DNA of 64,000 bases, taken from assembly GCA_965112155.1 (NCBI GenBank), contig OZ218103.1; one strand, written 5' to 3'. Origin of the DNA: Podarcis liolepis. Its lineage: Eukaryota. The notes under the pieces are model-generated. The model ran no database searches. It was not told the origin of the DNA and saw nothing but the letters and a program-made list of their open reading frames with translations. Position numbers and translations under genes: made by a program. Positions 51,096-63,652 of this stretch are shown one piece after another (positions within the stretch are counted from its first letter, which is position 1; every line of letters starts with the position of its first letter).

Positions 51096-53640
51096 TACTG
51101 CTATACTACTTTTACTGTCATGGGTTCTCCCAAATAATTATGGGAACTGTAGTTTGTTAAGAGGGCAAAGAATTGTTAGGAGACCCATGTTCCTCTCACA
51201 AAGCTACAATTTCCCGAGTGGTTTAACAATCAATCCCTCTTCCCAGAGGATTCTGGGAATTGTAGTCCTGTGAGGTGAACAGCGGTGTCCTAACAACTCT
51301 CAACACCCTTAAACTATAGTTCCCAGGATTCTCCAAGAGAAGCCATGGCAGTAATAGTGGTATAATAGTGCTTTACATGTATGGTGCAGATGTGGCCATC
51401 GTTTGACCTCCCTGCAGACAAATCAGAAAGGATGCTCAATATACAGCCAACATCATCTAACCATCATCTGCAAACTTGTAAAACAAATCGGGATAACTGC
51501 TCAATACGCAGGTTATGTGGAAGAGGGACCCAGTTTCCACATTATGGTAGGGTACAGTACAGTACTGAAAGAGGGAACCACCCTGATACAACCATTAGCA
51601 CAAATAAACACAAACGCACAATTTAAAAGGATGTCTGTAGTGACACTTAATCCCACTGAATCTGGTTGGATTTTCTTCTGAATGAACTTTCATTGGACCG
51701 AACTGGACGTCTCACTGATTTCTGTAGGATTTTGTTGGAATCTGGTTTTGTTTTGTTTTTGCATCGACATGGGGACTTGTCCCTTCGTAGGTCCAAGTGA
51801 CCCTTTGCTTTCCCCCTCTGTATACATTCTTGTCTGGGTCAGCTGAGTGACGCTTTCTTCAATACGGCTCTTTGAAACTTGTGTTTACTTGCGGCGCTCG
51901 CAACATAAAGAACGGAGACACATGTAGGACACATGCGGGAAGTATGCGGCAATAATCTCATGTTTATAATCTTGAGTGAAGGATGGCAAAGCTGAAAGCT
52001 GGTTTGATCCAGTTCCAAATCCATTTCCTGCACTCACATTTAAACTAAAGGCAAGGAGGAAAAGGCTTTGGCAGTCTGGGTACTTCCAGAAAAAGCAGGA
52101 AATTCTCAATTGTGTGTGTGTTTATAGTAAAATAAATTTAAAAAGTAGAGTTTTTATCCATGCAACATCTCTGGAGGAAGTTTTTTTTTTATCATTGAGC
52201 ACATTCAGTTATGATCTCCCCACCTTTAACCCTTTATTTTTAGCTCCCACTTCCACAGCATAAGCATCATGCTCAGGATATCTCTGATAATAAATGTCAC
52301 CAACAGGTCCCCCTTTGCCTTCCCATGAAGTTTTGCAAAAATAAAATCTATTTTAAAACTTTTCTATGGGGTGGCAGTTCAGTTAAAACTTTTCTATGGG
52401 GTGACAGTAACAAGCAAGAGAGCACTAACATTCCCCTTAAAACAGCTGGGGGAAGGATGACAGACAAAAACCTTCCCCTTCTCCTATTTCATGGACCTTA
52501 ATTCACTTGCTTTCTTTGGCTTGATTCAGTCTTTCAATGTTCCCTTATCATGACTAGTGGGGTGCTCTTCAGATATTTTTGGACTACCATTCCCACCATC
52601 CCTGACCACCAGCTGTGCTGGCTGGGGCTGATGAGAATTATAGTCCAAAACCTCTGGGAAGGCATCAGTTTCAAGAAGATTGTTCTAAAGGTAGCCAAAA
52701 ATCACCACTACCTAGGAGCTGCTGTTTGGTCAGGGGGACACAAGGGAATAATGTCATGTTGATTTGGTAGTAAATTGTAGGCAGAAGCTTAGGTATTGCA
52801 AGTGTGAAATAGCTGTATACCGGCATGTGTGTAGGTGCACTGCAATTTCAGTCTAAACCAATTCAGACTCGATTTTCAAAGAGGTTAAAATTGTTCAAGG
52901 TGTTAAAATCCTTTTTGTCAAGTCTGGCACTAATGCACAGCTTCCTGTCTCAGCTGAATACCATCTGCTTGTCGGAGGCCTCTGGTGACAATGAATACAA
53001 AATGCTGGGCTTGCCCACATTATGAGTTTGCCATGGGTCAGTGCTGAGCCGAGGCCGATTTAACTAGCAGCTGACCTGTGCCATCAATATTGAAAACATC
53101 TGGGAATCAGTGGAGTAGTCCTGGAAGGTTGTGGGTCAGTCTGTATCCTTTGAATAGGAATCAAATGTTCCTACTATAAACTTCATAGAAGTTTGTGGAG
53201 TCCTGCACATGAATTAGCCCCATGTCTGGATGGTTGCACTGTAAAGGTATACAGGTCTTTCCTCTGAGGCCTTTCAGGATCCTGCCTCCTGCTATTTGTA
53301 AAGCTTATAACACCCTAGTGTTTTCTACACAACTTCGATCTAGGTTCTGATATTGGAGTTCTTCATATTCATGGGTTTCCCCTCCCCCTTGCATTTCCTC
53401 CCTGCCTCAATATGTCTCCCTTTAAATGGCACTTGCCATGGTCTGATTGGAATCAACCGTGCTCTCCCCTTCACCTCCTGAATACTAAGCTGCTTCCCTC
53501 CAAGGTCAGCCTCAGCAGTTAGGAGGCCTCCATCTGACTTGCAAACACTGCTTTCTCTGGGTTTCATTTTCCTCCCAAGACTTGCAGATTGACTCAGAAG
53601 TCAATCCCACTATTTCAATGGAGCTTATGGTGCAGACCAT

Positions 53641-53708
53641 TCTAACTTTAGCATCAACATGCTCTAACTTTAGCATCAACATGCTCTAACTTTAGCATCA
53701 ACATGCTC
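53641..53708. repeat. Three perfect copies of a 22-bp tandem repeat (tctaactttagcatcaacatgc)
   Basis: Directly visible. Confidence 0.97.
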
Positions 53709-55878
53709 CTGGGGGTAATCGCAATGGCCTCCCCTGACTTTTCCCAGAGCTTATCCAACATGGCAGCTTTGTATGTCTCCTGCTCTCCTTCCCTTGACCC
53801 CAATTTATGGCTTCTCTGGTTACAATTTTTTTGAGAAGGTTCTAAGGTGGCCATGTGGCCTCATTTTCAGAGGGCTGTCCTCTATTTGAAGGGTTGTAAT
53901 GCTGCACAGAGCTAAATTTCACACCAGTGAAATGTAAGCAGCCCAACTTGTGCAATGGGACTTCCAGATTCTCTTCTTCCCCTTCCAGCTCCTCCGTGCG
54001 AGGAGGAGCTGCCGTGGGAGACAAAGCCTTATGCAAGAAAAGACACACACACCCCGCCCCCCTTCATGCTATAATGCACCTCCTCCATAATCTTACAACC
54101 CTTGTTGGAAACAAATCCTTCACATGATACCCACCGCCTGTGGAAGAGAGTGCCCAATCCCGTAGACATAGTATTGAGTGTTTAAAGAAAATGTAGTAAG
54201 TGAGTGTATTGCTCAAAGGTGTTATTTTCAGAGCAAAAGAGTTTGGTCAAGAAGTGGGTCTTTCCACACAGCTTCAGATTTACGGCCCGATCCTATGTTG
54301 GTTGGTAACTCGGTGCTCATCCAGACTTGTCCTTGCCCCACCACTTCCCCCCAGGGAAACCCAATCATTACCCCTGAATCAGAGAAAACATTATTCGAGT
54401 TTTCTCCAGATTGACATTTGATCCAATTTATTGCTAACAGCAGGTTTTCCTGGGAGGAGTGGAGAGCAAAACTGCTCAGACCTGTGCCTAGAAATAGCAG
54501 GACAAGTGGGAAGCCCCTCAGACCCAGGCTTTCCAGGCACAGGACAAACAGAAGGGTGTAAGCTTCCCAGAGTTCAATAAGAGTTGTTCCAAGGTTAGTT
54601 TGCAGAGCATCACAGCAAAGATCTTTGTAAAGGGAGCCTGCAACACACAAATATTATTCAGTGGGACACCTCTTGGAGGGAATTCTTATGGTATTGCTTC
54701 TGCCTGAAGCAAAGAGGCTTATGGTTCCTCTGACCTTTCCAACTGGATGCAACAGAATCCAGAAGAAAGCATCAGCAATGTGTCCGTAAAAATGAGAGAG
54801 AGCCTCTCAAACGCAGCAGAAGAGGCTTCTTACTCTAAGGGTCTGCTAATATATGAGAAGCCATGTAGCAGAATTATTTAATCACATCGACAGAGGAAAT
54901 GCATATAGAAAAGCATAGCCTGCGGCTCTCTGTCAACGGTTAAAAGTCAGAAGCTGTTAGAGCAAAATCAAACAGTAAATCCTCAGTTAGTTTAGAATAA
55001 TTATTTTTACCCTGTGCAATGGAATGCTGAGGATTAAGTTAATTGCTTTGACTGCTAATGACAAGAAGCCAAAGGGAGGCCTGCAAAGGCTCTCTACTTG
55101 GGAACTGGCATCTAGGGATAGAATTCTCTGAAAAATTTCAATGTTGAGCTCATCTGCATGGATTTTTCCCCTAATTCCCATCTCAGTGGTAAGTGAGAGC
55201 CCCCACCCCAACCAGTTCCACTAAAAATAAACTTTTTATATATATTCTATGCATTATTGTGCCTATTAGATGCACATACACTCCCAATTTCTGAAAGTAT
55301 CCAGTACATAAACACCCAACAATACAACAAAGGATATGTGTATAAAAACATGCATGTATTGATGTACTTATATATAGTTATGCTTCAGGAACAGAGCACA
55401 GAATGGCACTTGAATCATTTAAGCATATTATACATATAGTTTTTTCAAAGAACCCTCCATATAATGAGTTGGGTGTTTGTTTTTTAAAAAAAGGAAAAAC
55501 AGATAATGCACATGTGTTGTTTACAAAAGCAGGTGCTCAGTACAAGAGACGACTGACGGGGAGCACAGCTCAGTTGGGTCAGAACTGCCAAATCTGTGTA
55601 TAAATCCATTTAAAATGGTTTCCTCCTCCATCCCTGCTTGGCACAGCAAGAGTATATTCACAATCATTTATCCACAGACTTTGTCTATCTTATCGTTTCT
55701 CTTTCTTTGCCCCTCACTAAGAAGGCAGCCCCTTCTGGACCTTTTCACATGATATTCACCCATCTTGCAACTTTTTGTCTGGAGCTGGGGGCTGGGGAAG
55801 CCCACAGTTCTTGCCTAGACAGTCCAGTTCCAGGGATCTACTTGAGCATTTTGAATCCATGATGCATGGACAACTTCA

Positions 55879-56355
55879 TTATTTCTTTATTTATTATTAA
55901 ATGCATATTACATCTTAGTTGCCATACAATTTCAGCACTATACATAACATATATTATATTATATATACGGATTCCCCACATCTAACCCTATACCCAACTC
56001 ACCATTTACCCACTTCCTTCACCTACACGCATAATATCCTTCTCGTTACCTTAAAACTCTAACATTGTGTTCATAATTGTTCATCACATTGATCAATCCT
56101 CTGTTTTAAAATCATTGCATCTTAGCTTAATGAACTCAATCAGTACTTATCCAGAAATTTCTATTGAAGTAATTTTGTACAATATATTCTTCAACAGACT
56201 TCCATTCCTTTCTTAATTTTTGTTTTCATTGCGTTCTAATTGATGCTGTCACCTTGGCTAATTCAATATATTCACAAAATTTAATTTGCCCCTCTGACAT
56301 TGAGAGAGTCTCCTCACTCTTCCAATTTTTGGCCACCAGTACTCTAGCTGCCACA
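55879..56355 (-). mobile_element. L1-clade LINE, short 3' fragment
   Basis: Minus strand reads VAARVLVAKNWKSEETLS..FCEYIELAKVTASIR, homologous to the ORF at 31319-31540. AT-rich tail. Perfect 18-bp TSD gatgcatggacaacttca (55861-55878 / 56356-56373). Confidence 0.9.
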
Positions 56356-57690
56356 GATGCATGGACAACTTCACTTGCCCTCAGCTGATAGGGAGAAGAA
56401 CAGAAGCTGTACAGGATTTGCCTTTCCCTTGGGCATTTCCCACATGCCTAGCTATGTGCTGCTGCAATGCTGGATGGTGAAGCTGAAAGTATATTTGTAT
56501 GAAAGAGCTCTGCAACTCAAACCAAGCCTCTGGTGCAGGCAGGCAATCGTTCATTTGGCCAGAATGTGACCTCAGTACTTCTGGCTTCCCTTAACCTCCC
56601 CATCTGCCAGAACAGGCCTGGAAAGCCAATGTCCTGCAGAACTGTTAATGTAAAGTGCCACTTCCATTAGCAGGAATCACAGGTTTATTCAACATGACTG
56701 CTACAACAAGTGCAGGATCAGCCTCCTCCAAATCTGCTTCAACATAACCAAAGGGTCCCTACAACACACAACACCTGTTTATCTGCCCAGTGCACTTGTA
56801 GCATTTCCAGTTGTTGCTTTTCCAGGAATAGTTTGACAATTTTTTTCCTTTTCAAAGCTCCTCTTGACTCAGATGGGCTGCTTTATGTCATGAGGAGACA
56901 GATTCTCCCTCTCATTTGCATGAAGAGGCCTAGCAATTGAACCTCCTACGCTCTTCTTTCTCCTCTGTCTTCTCTGTTACTCCTAGGGCTAGATTAGCAA
57001 GTATGTGAGTTAAGTTCCAGAGCAGGATTTCAGCCAAATGGGGCCCATTCAGTGATCTAGCAGTTTCCTAGCATGGGCCTATCTTGCTCTTTGTTCAAAG
57101 CTCCTTTAAAGACTGGGAACATAGTGGACACCTCATCATAGCACAGGGGACCTGCTGCAACAACAAAACTTTGAACACTGGTTCCTTGCCTAACGCATCA
57201 AGCCAGAAGATTAAAAAGGCAGGAAATGATTTGGCAGTGGGTATGCATAGCTGCATTAGTATGGGAATATGTCAAAAGACAAAAACTGTGGGTTTTGTGG
57301 TTCAGAAACTTGCGAGGGGCCCTGGAATATGGTTTCATTTAGCCCCTTGTCCCATGACCTGTCTTCTGGCCCTGGTTATATTCAAAACAGGTCACACATT
57401 TCCTTTGCCTGGCCAAAGGGGGTCATCATCTGCTCTCAGTTTAGCACGTTGCTGCATTGTGTATCATTAGTCAGATTGTGTTTTTTCCCAGGTCTCTGAC
57501 ACTTACGAAACTGCACGATATTTTCTGGCTTACTCTCATAAAGTCCAGCAGTTTGGACTTCCCCTGGAAAATAGCCAAAGGCAATGGAAATCCTGCGAAG
57601 TGCAATCTTAGAAATGCAGAAGGGCTGAAGGAACAGCAAGATCGCAGAAGACCAGAGCTGCTACTCACTCATCAAAGATCCCACTTTCCA

Positions 57691-57804
57691 CAGCAACCTT
57701 TCCCAACCTGGTGCCCACCACCAATGTTTTAGACTAGAACTCCCATCAGACCCATTCAGCTTGTGAATGAAAACATGTCCAGGGCACCTGGTTGAGGAAG
57801 CCTA
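57691..57804. mobile_element. Degenerate palindromic hAT-type MITE
   Basis: cctttcccaacctggtgccc...gggcacctggttgaggaagc. Other degenerate copies at ~30480-30537, ~41000-41094, ~42670-42760 and ~52560-52682. Confidence 0.65.
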
Positions 57805-58221
57805 GACCACACTCCTTTCAGTGTCACGAGACTTTCTGCTGTTTCCTTATAAAAATTGCATACACTAATATACAGGCAAATTTAGAAATAACGGCTGTAA
57901 TTGAACTTAAAATGCAATGAATCTCACTATATTTGAAAGGCTGAGACCAGGTGCTCTGTGCTTCTGCTTAGTTTGCTGTGACATTTACAATAGAAAGGGG
58001 CTGGTGGGTGAGTGGCAGACTCTTGCAGTGGGAAAGTCTGCTACAGCTTGCACCCCAAGGTTTTGTTGGAATAAGCAACCATCTTTTATTAAGACTTGCT
58101 GAGCTGAAAGAGAAGACAAAGCTGTTAAAGCATTAACATATATAGGAACAGAAAGCTAAGTGGTCTTCCTTAGTTGTGAGTCCTTGCTTCAACTGCCATG
58201 AGCAATGGTTGGTATTTCTAG

Positions 58222-58539
58222 GGCCACACTCACACCATATATTTAAAGCACTATGATACCACTCTAAACAGTCTTCACTTCTTCCAAAGTGTTGTTAAGG
58301 GCATAATGAGCTGTTAAAAGAACCCCTATGCCACTCCCAAAGCTACAAATACCTGAATGGTTTAGCAATCAATCCCTTTTCACAGGGAACCCTGGAAACT
58401 GTAGCTCTGAGAGAGGGACAAGTGTCTCCTAACAACTATCAGGACCCTTAAAAAGCTCCAACTCCCATAATTCTTTGGGGGATTCATGACCGCTTTAAGT
58501 TGTATCATAGTGCTTTAAATATATGGTGAGATTGTGGCC
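58222..58539. mobile_element. Palindromic PIF/Harbinger-like MITE, uninterrupted
   Basis: TIRs ggccacactcacaccatatatttaaagcactatgatac / gtatcatagtgctttaaatatatggtgagattgtggcc. Flanks tag/taa are consistent with a 3-bp TWA-type TSD. Confidence 0.82.
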
Positions 58540-59478
58540 TAAGTAAAGGTCCAGTTCAATCTTTGCATCTGTGTCTGTCTTCCTCGAGATGAAACAAAGA
58601 ACCTACTCAGCAACAGGTTTCTCATTCTAAACAAAAGGCACCGCCATTCATAGTGAATGGACTCCATCTGTGAGCAGGACTCTCCTATAAATGGGACAGA
58701 AACCTAGGAGCTGAGCTTGTTTGTTTTATAGAGAGCACATAAGAATGAATGTTTCCCCACACCTGGGTTCCAGCATTGTCCCAAGGTGGACAGATTCAGA
58801 AAACTCACAGGTCTCTCCACTGGGGTGGAGGGAGCCCTCAGCACCCCCTTCTCCACATCCCAGCCTGAGGACATGGCTCTCTTGCCATCATCAGGCTCTA
58901 GCATTGATTCTCCAGCAGCTTATCCTCCGCCACAACACAGAAGAGCATGTGAGCATTACAAGCTTGTGGGGCCTTTAAAGAATGCAGACAGTTTACCAGA
59001 GAGGTGCTGCCAATGGAAGGGATGGCCCTGCCAGCCTTAAGCCTTCTGATCCTTTGCTGAGATAGCATCTTCCATAGTGGGGCTTTGGCCTGACTCAACC
59101 TGACTGAAGCAGCTCCACTTATTGCTTCCGCTTCCTCTACAGGCCCCAGCAGAGGTTCTGACATTCCCATCTCATTGGCAGTTGCCAGAAGTGTTTAACT
59201 AGAAGGACACGAAGCCTAAGCCTGCTCTTGGTTTCATGTGATGTATGTTACTTTGAACTGTTTTGAAGAAGTGGTGTAGAAGAATTGTAAAACAAGTAGA
59301 GTCCACAGCCTTTGTCCACTAGTAGGTGGATGTGGGTGGCGCTGTGGGTTAAACCACAGAGCCTAGGACTTGCCGATCAGAAGGTTGGCAGTTCGAATCC
59401 CCGTGACGGGGTGAGCTCCCGCTGTTCAGTCCCTGCTCCTGCCAACCTAGCAGTTCGAAAGCACGTCAAAGTGCAAGT

Positions 59479-61184
59479 GCAAACAGGGGACACAGAAAGG
59501 GCTGAACTCCTCAATGCCTTCTTTGCCTCAGTCTTCTCCAATAAAGAAAATGCCCGACCTGAAGAATTTGGAGCAAATGATTCAGCAAAGGAAACACAGC
59601 CCAGAATAACTAAGGAGATAGTACAAGAATACTTGGCTAGTTTAGATGTATTCAAGTCTCCAGGGCCAGATGAACTGCATCCAAGAGTACTAAAAGAACT
59701 GGCAGATGTGATCTCAGAACCACTGGCAGTCATCTTTGAGAATTCCTGGAGAACAGGCGAAGTCCCGGCAGACTGGAGGAGGGCAAATGTTGTCCCTATT
59801 TTCAAAAAGGGGAAAAGAGAGGACCCAAATAATTACCACCCAGTCAGTCTGACATCAATACCAGGGAAGATTCTGGAGCAGATCATTAAGAAAACAGTCT
59901 GTGAGCACCTAGAAAGGAATGCTGTGATCACCAATAGTCAGCATGGATTTCTGAAAAATAAGTCATGTCAGACTAACCTGATCTCATTTTTTGACAGAAT
60001 TACAAGCCTGGTAGATGAAGGGAACGCAGTGGATGTAGCCTACCTTGATTTCAGCAAGGCATTTGACAAGGTGCCCCATGATATTCTTGTAAGGAAGCTG
60101 GTAAAATGCGGTCTTGACTATGCTACCACTCAGTGGATTTGTAACTGGCTGACTGACCGAACCCAAAGGGTGCTCATCAATGGTTCCTCTTCATCCTGGA
60201 GAAGAGTGACTAGTGGGGTGCCACAGGGTTCTGTCTTGGGCCCGGTCTTATTCAACATCTTTATCAGCGACTTGGATGATGGACTCAAGGGCATCCTGAT
60301 CAAATTTGCAGATGACACCAAACTGGGAGGGGTGGCTAACACCCCAGAGGACAGGATCACACTTCAAAACGATCTTGACAGATTAGAGAACTGGGCCAAA
60401 ACAAACAAGATGAATTTTAACAGGGAGAAATGTAAAGTATTGCACTTGGGCAAAAAAAATGAGAGGCACAAATACAAGATGGGTGACACCTGGCTTGAGA
60501 GCAGTACATGTGAAAAGGATCTAGGAGTCTTGGTTGACCACAAACTTGACATGAGCCAACAGTGTGACACGGCAGCTAAAAAAGCCAATGCAATTCTGGG
60601 CTGCATCAATAGGAGTATAGCATCTAGATCAAGGGAAGTAATAGTGCCACAGTATTCTGCTCTGGTCAGACCTCACCTGGAGTACTGTGTCCAGTTCTGG
60701 GCACCACAGTTCAAGAAGGACACTGACAAACTGGAACGTGTCCAGAGGAGGGCAACCAAAATGGTCAAAGGCCTGGAAACGATGCCTTATGAGGAACGGC
60801 TAAGGGAGCTGGGCATGTTTAGCCTGGAGAAGAGGAGGTTAAGGGGTGATATGATAGCCATGTTCAAATATATAAAAGGATGTCACATAGAGGAGGGAGA
60901 AAGGTTGTTTTCTGCTGCTCCAGAGAAGCGGACACGGAGCAATGGATCCAAACTACAAGAAAGAAGATTCCACCTAAACATTAGGAAGAACTTCCTGACA
61001 GTAAGAGCTGTTCGACAGTGGAATTTGCTGCCAAGGAGTGTGGTGGAGTCTCCTTCTTTGGAGGTCTTTAAGCAGAGGCTTGACCACCATATGTCAGGAG
61101 TGCTCTGATGGTGTTTCCAGCTTGGCAGGGGGTTGGACTCGATGGCCCTTGTGGTCTCTTCCAGCTCTATGATTCTATGATTCT
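59479..61184 (+). mobile_element. Young CR1 LINE, 5'-truncated, with an uninterrupted RT domain and no endonuclease
   Basis: RT motifs [48 protein letters not shown] (60305-60316) and EKDLGV. Stop at 61106-61108, then 3' UTR and (ATTCTATG)n tail. Confidence 0.98.
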
Positions 61185-61528
61185 AATAGGAGTATAGCAT
61201 GTAGATCAAGGGAAGTAATAGTGCCACTGTATTCTGCTCTGGTCAGACCTCACCTGGAGTACTGTGTCCAGTTCTGGGCACCACAGTTCAAGAAGGACAC
61301 TGACAAACTGGAACGTGTCCAGAGGAGGGCAACCAAAATGGTCAAAGGTCTGGAAACGATGCCTTATGAGGAACGGCTAAGGGAGCTGGGCATGTTTAGC
61401 CTGGAGAAGAGGAGGTTAAGGGGTGATATGATAGCCATGTTCAAATATATAAAAGGATGTCATATAGAGGAGGGGGATGGACTCGATGGCCCTTGTGGTC
61501 TCTTCCAACTCTATGATTCTATGATTCT
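61185..61528 (+). mobile_element. Second, short CR1 copy in tandem, with a 233-bp internal deletion
   Basis: Matches 60608-60897 joined to 61127-61184. Has its own tail ctatgattctatgattct. Confidence 0.95.
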
Positions 61529-63346
61529 AAGTAGATAAATAGGTACCGCTTCGGCGGGAAGGTAAATGGCATTTCCATGCACTGCTCTGGTTCGCCAGAA
61601 GTGGCTTAGTCATGCTGGCCACATGACCCGGAAGCTGTATGCCAGTTCTCTCGGCCAATAAAGCGAGATGAGTGCCGCAGCCCCAGAGTTGGTCACAACT
61701 GGACCTAATGGTCAGGGGTCCTTTTACCTTTAGGTGGCATCCTACAAATGGCTATGACTCACTAGGTTGCTTTTGTCTTGATTTAGCTGAATGGTGGGGT
61801 TTTAAGAATACATCGCTTGATGTCCTGGTAGGAATACCTGCTCATAGGCGCCAACTTTTCTGCCGCAGCAGCTTGCCAGGCGCCTCCCTGAAGCTTCTTG
61901 TACTTTCACCTCGGTGGTGTAGAGAGTCTGCCACAATGAGCTCCCACTTGTCATTTCCTCTCTGTGGTCAGTGCCAGCTCAGTGCTCTGCCTGAGTCTTC
62001 CCTGCTGCACAGCCTGGCTGTGGCTTCTGGGGGTGATTGCTAGCATTCAATTTTACATTCCATCGGCACAATAATGGATTTCACTGCAAGAACTCGCATG
62101 ACCTGATGAGTTCATCAACCTCTGTGGCCTACAGGGCTTTCCCCTGCTGTTTCCAGATTTACACATCGTGAAAACATAATACTCTTTGCTGCCTTCTCAG
62201 GAGAGGATCCTGCAACTGGAAGCATGAATCATTTTTATTTTATTGTATTGCAACATTATCATTCCTCAGACTTTACCTTTTTTCCCCCCTAATGAAAGGG
62301 AAATTTGGCCAAGTCGGATAATAATTCCAATGGGCTGCATAAATTGTCCCTGATCATGCCAATTCTGTTTTCTTTATTTCGTGTATCATATTATCTGCCC
62401 CCTTAAGATGTTCTATTGATGTCCTAAGTATTTTAAGCAGCGACATACTGTGTTTTATTGGTGAACAGAATTTCTCAGCATTGCAAGGAATTGGGATTTA
62501 CTAACAATTGCTTGAAATCTAAAAACATCTGATCTGACATTAATGGAACACTGACCTCAAGTTGGTGCAGCTGCTCTGCGGTGCCCTGTCCCAACACCTT
62601 AATAAGATTTTTATTAGAGCAGTAAATTTTAAGCAGCTGCACCAAATTCCACAATCCTCACTTGTAGGAGTGCCATTTTCTGATGAGATAGGAATCTGAA
62701 GCCCACAAGGCTAATGGTTCACGAGTCCAAAGTACAGCCTGTATCTTTTCTTTTCTTAAATGTGGGTAGTTTGTTGCCTAAAGACTTCTGTATTTTGGAC
62801 AGCTTCAGAAGTGGCTCCAGTCCTTCCTGGAACTTGCACAAAGAAAGCGACCTCAAATGAGCATGTTCTGAGTTTGATCTCTAAGGGCAAGGCCCTGAGC
62901 AGGGTAGAGAGTTCACCTGCTGCTGTTGCTGCATTCCTCAAACTAGAACTCATCATGCAAGGAAATGCCCAAGTTGCTGGCTGTTCTTGCCTTTCTGCAG
63001 AACAGAATCCAAGACTGCAAGTCATAACTGGTGAAATATCAGAGGAAGATGGGCTCTGCCAAGGAGCAAACTACTCTGGCCCTTCTTCCAGTTGCCTGTG
63101 TTTATCCAGCCCCTCCTAACAGCATGGTGTTTCATGAATCTGTATGAGTGTCTCCTGTCCTTTCCTTGCCCTAAAGTTCTAAAGTGGCCAGTTTACTTCC
63201 CAAAACATGTACAAGCAGGAAAATAGACACCAATACATTCTTCACATATGACAGTTGTACATAGTTTGTACGCCATTTCCAATACAAAAAAAACAACCCT
63301 GCATGAAGCTATCCTCTAAAGAACCTGCCCACTCCCTGTGAGAGAT

Positions 63347-63652
63347 GGACCTGAGTGCACTGGCAGAGCAAATGTTGTGTTCAGAATCTCCCAGATTTGA
63401 TCCTTGGCATCTCCAGTCAATAGGGTCAAACAGCAGGTGAGGGGAAAGTCCTCTGTCTAGGACCCTGGAGAGCTACTGCCAGGAAGTTGGGCTTCCACTC
63501 TCATCACCCCTGGCCATTGACCGTGCTGGATGGGGCTGATGGGATTTGTAGTTCAAAACATCTGGAGGGACCAAGTTGGGGACGCTAGAGTAGATTATGC
63601 TGAGCTAGACGGACAAGTATTCTGAGCTAGTATAAGGCAGCTTCCTATATCT
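63347..63652 (+). mobile_element. Squam3-like SINE interrupted by a partial hAT MITE (~63483-63587)
   Basis: SINE gaccctggagagctactgccag|...|gagtagattatgctgagctagacggac...tataaggcagcttcctat. The insert contains gctgatgggatttgtagttcaaaacatctggagggaccaagttgggga. Confidence 0.7.

Larger units (their letters stand above)
50686..51397. mobile_element. Palindromic PIF/Harbinger-like MITE (outer element of the nest)
   Basis: TIRs gccctcatctgcaccatacatttaaag / ctttacatgtatggtgcagatgtggcc. An uninterrupted homolog is at 58222-58539. Confidence 0.8.
59328..61731 (+). mobile_element. Sauria SINE split by CR1 insertions (5' half 59328-59478, 3' half 61529-61731)
   Basis: A box tggcgctgtgg (59337-59347) and perfect B box gttcgaatcc (59391-59400). 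Rejoining gtcaaagtgcaagt|agataaataggtacc restores the SINE. Tail ttttaccttta. Flanking duplication taggtgg (59323-59329 / 61731-61737). Confidence 0.95.

Noticed and set aside
59312-61108. 598-aa ORF as a host gene
   Set aside because: It is CR1 ORF2 RT plus SINE sequence. The track start is TTG, and the first real ATG is at 59330.
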